A stretch of 63,997 nucleotides of DNA from Opitutia bacterium. Lineage in GTDB: Bacteria; Verrucomicrobiota; Verrucomicrobiia; Opitutales; T3Sed10-336. Below the pieces are notes generated by a model. That model was given only the letters and a program-made list of their open reading frames with translations. It was not told the DNA's origin and searched no databases. The position numbers and the translations under genes were made by a program. Shown one piece after another: positions 59,977-63,997 of this stretch (positions are counted from its first letter, which is position 1; each line of letters begins with the position of its first letter). Location of the stretch: positions 1 through 63,997 of the forward strand of contig JBJHCF010000031.1 of the NCBI GenBank assembly GCA_050506795.1. Direction: 5' to 3'.

Positions 59977-62900
59977 CTAGGGCTCCTCTCCCTCGGTGTG
60001 TTCGACCCGGAGGCGGAAGAATCGCATGCCATTGGCCGCCGGCGTCTGCATACGCCAGTGCTCGATATTTGAATCCCTTCCGATCAATTCCGGGATTCCT
60101 CCGGTTGGAATCCAGTTAACCAGGTCCAACGACTCCTCGATGAGCAAATCCACCTCCATGGCCGAGCGATTGCGCTGAAACAGAAATTCGAGCCCCCCAG
60201 GGAGGTTGCGAAGGGCCGGCAGGCTCTCACGTTGGAATTCTTCTCCCCCCAGGGCATACCAGACCAAAACCGGCACACCATCGATCAGCGACGTCCTGTC
60301 AACCTCGGATCCGCCCTCCGGGAGCACGCGTTCGCCCCAGGAGGCGAAATCCTCCATCACCGTGAGAAAAGCCTCGGGGCTTGTGAGCATACCCCGCTCA
60401 TTGGAAACCACCACCCGGTACGCCCCGGCATCAGTGAATTCGCTGTTCTCCAGCAGGATCTCCGGACCGTCAGTACCGCTTACCTTTCCGCCGGCGCCCA
60501 GGGGTTGTCCGTCCCGTAACCAGGCAAACTCCAGGTCACTCCCCAGAGCACGAACCTCAAAACTGAAGTTTGCCCCGGCTTGTACGGAAACACTGGCCGG
60601 CCAGGAGATTATCTCCGGAGCCTGGTAGGCGACTTCGATCTGCAACTGGAAGGAACGGACTCCGCTCAAACTCTCCCCGGAAACCAACACCGGAAACAAG
60701 CCTTCCTCCAGCGGCGAACCGGAGATTTCCCCGGTATCCGGATCAATCGTAAGACCGGATGGAAGGCCCTCGGCGGCGAACAATGTGGTCGTTCCGCGAA
60801 ACGCCGTTTGGTAGGAGAAAGGCGTCGAAACCACGGCGCTCACCTTAACCGGTCCGACGGGAGCGGTCGGGTCGATCGCCTCGACCACCAGCAAATGGTA
60901 CTCCGCTTCCCGGGTTTCGGCGGGAGTGGAGAGAACCACTCGGAGAGGGAAATAACCGGCGGTGGTCGCGATTCCCTCGATACGTCGGCTGGCGGAATCA
61001 AACTCCAGTTCCTCCGGCAATCCCTCAACCGACACGACCGCCTGCTCGAAATCTCCAACCAGGTCAAGCAACCGCGAAAACGGGACATTCTCTTCCGCCA
61101 CCAGCGTCCGATCGGGTCCGAAACCAGGAGGCGCCACCGCACGCGTTTCGACGTAAATATCGAGCACCTCAATTCCCGACGGCCCCCATTCACCGTCGAC
61201 AAAAACCGCCACCGGGAAAACCCCGTTCTCCAGCGGAGTACCGGAGATCTCGCCGGTTTCCTCATTTAACGACAACCCCTCGGGCAGACCGAAAGAATGG
61301 AAGATTTCGTATCGGCCTTCCGCTTCGAGGCGCCGGGAGAAGGGCTCGCCTTTCCAGGCCTCGATGGATCCGGTCGGGATTACGGACGGCGGCCAGTGCC
61401 CGTCGGTCACGCGAAGCCCACCGTGTCCCGGAAGGAAGTATCGATCGTTCAAAAAAATCACGCGGTCATGCGATCCGACCGAAGAAGGGGTTCGCAATGT
61501 CCAGTCCAGAGCATCGGTCGATGTGCGAATCTCCCAGTTGGGTCCGACCAGAAAAAACTCATCGCGCCCGTACGCGATACTGAATGCTGATCCGCCCAAG
61601 CCCCTCGGACTCACGGCCGGCCAGTTATCCCCATCAGTGGAAATACGGACCACCGCGCTGTCGGTTCGGCCGACCGCGACAAACTGTCCGTTGCCGTAAG
61701 CGACACTCCAGAAATTCTGGTCTGTATTGCTTTCCCGGATGATCCATTCACTGGCATCGTTCGACGATACAATCACCCCGTTGCGACCGACCGCGACCAG
61801 TTTCCCGTCACCATGGGCCACCGACCTCAATTCCTCTCCGACGGGCGAGCTTTCCGCCGTCCATTGCACACCGTCCGGCGAATGAACCGTCATACCGCCT
61901 TCCCCGACAGCCACAAAGCGACTCCCGTCATAAACCACCGCATTCAGACGACGAGTGGTTCCGGAAGTCCTCGGCGTCCAGTGGATACCGTTCTCGGACG
62001 AGATCACCGTTCCCGAATTCCCCACCGCCACAAAACGACCGGCGCCATGGACCACGCTCGAGAGATCACTCGAAACCGGAGAGACCACGGACGACCAGGA
62101 TCGCGCGTCCTCGGAAGTCCATACAGCGCCGGAATCGCCGACCGCCACGTAACGACCGTCGGCATGATCGAGGTCACGGGCCCGCATCACATACGATGGA
62201 ACATTAATCACGTAGCTCCAGGGATTCCCCTCCAGGACGAAGGTCATCTCCCAGGAGCTGCTTCCGTAAAGGTTTTCCGCCCGTATCGTCGCCTGATAAA
62301 CTCCGGGGCTTGCCGGCGTTCCGGTAATCGCCCCGGTCCCTGGATCGATCTCCAAACCGGGCGGAAGCCCATCGGCAGCGAAAGTGGTTTCAAAATCCAA
62401 CTCCCGCAGCTCAACGTGGTGGCTGAATAATCGGTTGGCGACGCCGTCGACATAGGGCAGGCCAACAAAAACCGGCGGAGCGCCTTCGGCAGGTTCGACA
62501 ACGATCTCCAGGATGGAGAAGGCACTGAAGGCGTTCCGGTTGCCGGCCGCTATCCGCACCGCGAACGTTCCCGCCTGAAGGGGCGCCCCGTGAATGCGTC
62601 CGGTTTCCGGGTCGATCTCCAGACCCGGCGGCAGGCCCGCCGCCACGAACTCATCGGCGCCGTCGGTAGCCTTGATCTGAAAAACGAATGGCCGTCCCTC
62701 CAGGGCGAAAGCCCGGCCTGCACTCACGATGACAGGCGGCCACATGCCGTCGCTCAGAACCGCGGCACCGTTGCTTCCGGTCAGCAGGTATTGTCCTTCG
62801 ACATACGCCAGTCCCCAGAAGGAACTGGTCGATCCCACCACCTGCCGCCGTGTCCAGTGCCGTCCGTCCTTGGACGAGGTCAGTATAGCAAATCCGCCGG

Positions 62901-63997
62901 CGGCGGCAAATCCGTCATCCGTCGCCCGTATTGTCCGTGGCGTGCCCGAGACGTCTTCGCTCACCCGCTCCCAGGCTCCCGGGGCGGTCGAAACCAGAAA
63001 CGTGTCGGCCCCGCCAACCACCAGCGTGTCGTGACCAAAAGCAATCGAATCGAGGCGCGCCGTCGTCCCGGAGTCTTCCGCCTCCCAGGACAATCCATCT
63101 TCCGAGGAGAGAATGATTCCCTGGTCGCCCACCGCCACAAAACGGCCCTGACCAAAGGCGATACCGCGCAGCGTTCCGATGTCCGGCACGGTCAATTCCG
63201 TCCAGGTTTGAGTGTCGGCCGACACAAAAACAGAACCCCAACGGCCCACGACAACGTAAACGCCATTTCCATAAGCGATTCCGTGCAATTCCAGATGGCC
63301 GCTATTACCCAACTCGCGAATGCTCCAGTTTATTCCGTCGGTCGATGTGAACAACCCGCCGGCATCGCCCACCACCACCCACCGTCCGCCCGCATGGATG
63401 ACGCCCCTCCGGGTCGATCCCCCGGAAAACCGCTCCGTCCAGTCCAAACCATCGGTCGAAGTGGTGATGTTTCCACCGCTGCCGACCGCTACATAGAGAC
63501 CGTCATAATAATACACGTCCATGATGCTGGCAGACGTTCCCGTCGAATCGATGATCCACTCGGGTGAACGCGGAAAAGAAAGGTTCAGGGTGCCACTGGT
63601 GACACCGTGGATATTGGAAGCCCGCACCGGAAATGTGTGCAAACCGGGTTCCGGAAGGAACCCGAGAATCCGGCGCTCGGCGAGGTCGAAGGTGAAATTC
63701 TCCGGCAAGCCTTCGATCGTAACCTCGGAGCTCTCGTCCAGACCAACCAACGGCAGAACAAACGAAACCACACCCGACGATGAGGCGTTTGCGGCCAACG
63801 ACGCGGTAAACTCCGGTGGAGAACCGTCGCGCGGATACACAATAAAGTTCGCCCTCAACGGCCGGACCGGTCCGCCCTCGTCATAACCTTCAATTATCAC
63901 CTCATGCGACCCAACCTCCGCGGGCCATCCGACAATTCGACGCGCTTCCGGATCCAGAACCAAACCCCGCGGCAGGCCATGGACCCGGAAACCACTC
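59977..63997 (-). CDS. Large surface protein with putative Ig (He_PIG-like) repeats, two beta-propeller regions and an Ig domain (5' partial)
   Basis: GLP.GL.IDP.TG.I.G.P repeats; 'L..V.YG.G.FVAVG..G....S.DG..W' repeats; DAGAYRVVVSN; ends RFFRLRVEH; ORF runs off the window. Confidence 0.88.
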   Translation of the reverse strand, partial: SGFRVHGLPRGLVLDPEARRIVGWPAEVGSHEVIIEGYDEGGPVRPLRANFIVYPRDGSPPEFTASLAANASSSGVVSFVLPLVGLDESSEVTIEGLPENFTFDLAERRILGFLPEPGLHTFPVRASNIHGVTSGTLNLSFPRSPEWIIDSTGTSASIMDVYYYDGLYVAVGSGGNITTSTDGLDWTERFSGGSTRRGVIHAGGRWVVVGDAGGLFTSTDGINWSIRELGNSGHLELHGIAYGNGVYVVVGRWGSVFVSADTQTWTELTVPDIGTLRGIAFGQGRFVAVGDQGIILSSEDGLSWEAEDSGTTARLDSIAFGHDTLVVGGADTFLVSTAPGAWERVSEDVSGTPRTIRATDDGFAAAGGFAILTSSKDGRHWTRRQVVGSTSSFWGLAYVEGQYLLTGSNGAAVLSDGMWPPVIVSAGRAFALEGRPFVFQIKATDGADEFVAAGLPPGLEIDPETGRIHGAPLQAGTFAVRIAAGNRNAFSAFSILEIVVEPAEGAPPVFVGLPYVDGVANRLFSHHVELRELDFETTFAADGLPPGLEIDPGTGAITGTPASPGVYQATIRAENLYGSSSWEMTFVLEGNPWSYVINVPSYVMRARDLDHADGRYVAVGDSGAVWTSEDARSWSSVVSPVSSDLSSVVHGAGRFVAVGNSGTVISSENGIHWTPRTSGTTRRLNAVVYDGSRFVAVGEGGMTVHSPDGVQWTAESSPVGEELRSVAHGDGKLVAVGRNGVIVSSNDASEWIIRESNTDQNFWSVAYGNGQFVAVGRTDSAVVRISTDGDNWPAVSPRGLGGSAFSIAYGRDEFFLVGPNWEIRTSTDALDWTLRTPSSVGSHDRVIFLNDRYFLPGHGGLRVTDGHWPPSVIPTGSIEAWKGEPFSRRLEAEGRYEIFHSFGLPEGLSLNEETGEISGTPLENGVFPVAVFVDGEWGPSGIEVLDIYVETRAVAPPGFGPDRTLVAEENVPFSRLLDLVGDFEQAVVSVEGLPEELEFDSASRRIEGIATTAGYFPLRVVLSTPAETREAEYHLLVVEAIDPTAPVGPVKVSAVVSTPFSYQTAFRGTTTLFAAEGLPSGLTIDPDTGEISGSPLEEGLFPVLVSGESLSGVRSFQLQIEVAYQAPEIISWPASVSVQAGANFSFEVRALGSDLEFAWLRDGQPLGAGGKVSGTDGPEILLENSEFTDAGAYRVVVSNERGMLTSPEAFLTVMEDFASWGERVLPEGGSEVDRTSLIDGVPVLVWYALGGEEFQRESLPALRNLPGGLEFLFQRNRSAMEVDLLIEESLDLVNWIPTGGIPELIGRDSNIEHWRMQTPAANGMRFFRLRVEHTEGEEP

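Overview
Bacterial chromosomal window, most consistent with Verrucomicrobiota/PVC (PEP-CTERM protein, prepilin-type H-X9-DG-like protein, surface proteins ending in an 'FFRL/FFRV' strand); the taxon is an inference. (1) 1-11.6 kb: an integron-type cassette array with no integrase in the window. It has three clear attC sites separating three toxin-antitoxin cassettes, then a fourth cassette whose attC was invaded by a reverse-oriented group IIC intron. The intron is decayed and interrupted by a complete IS66 (26-bp perfect IRs, 8-bp target duplication), followed by IS4-type and IS66 remnants and an eroded tail of cassette-like genes. (2) 11.7-30.3 kb: housekeeping and catabolic genes (araBAD + LacI, mycobacterial-type MTHFR, Na/Pi cotransporter-phoU, panC-nadB, dapL, BCCT, MarC). 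(3) 30.4-49.1 kb: an organophosphorus/phosphonate scavenging locus with phnCDEE, two Tat-type metallophosphoesterases, LamG-like surface proteins, a PEP-CTERM protein, a prepilin-like protein, a beta-propeller lipoprotein, phnA-phnY, an XRE-cupin regulator and a phosphonate-associated Zn alcohol dehydrogenase. There is no phnW, and Pho-box-like 11-bp arrays sit in its promoters. (4) 49.3-64 kb: aldo/keto reductase, sugar kinase, gcvTH, coaC-like gene, SpoIIE phosphatase, P-type ATPase, DoxX and a large partial surface protein. Best novelty candidates: the phosphonate surface-capture locus, and a LamG protein that lacks the terminal 'RFFRLR' strand found at the mature N-terminus of the convergent phosphatase. 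All family calls come from motif recognition by eye; no database searches were run.
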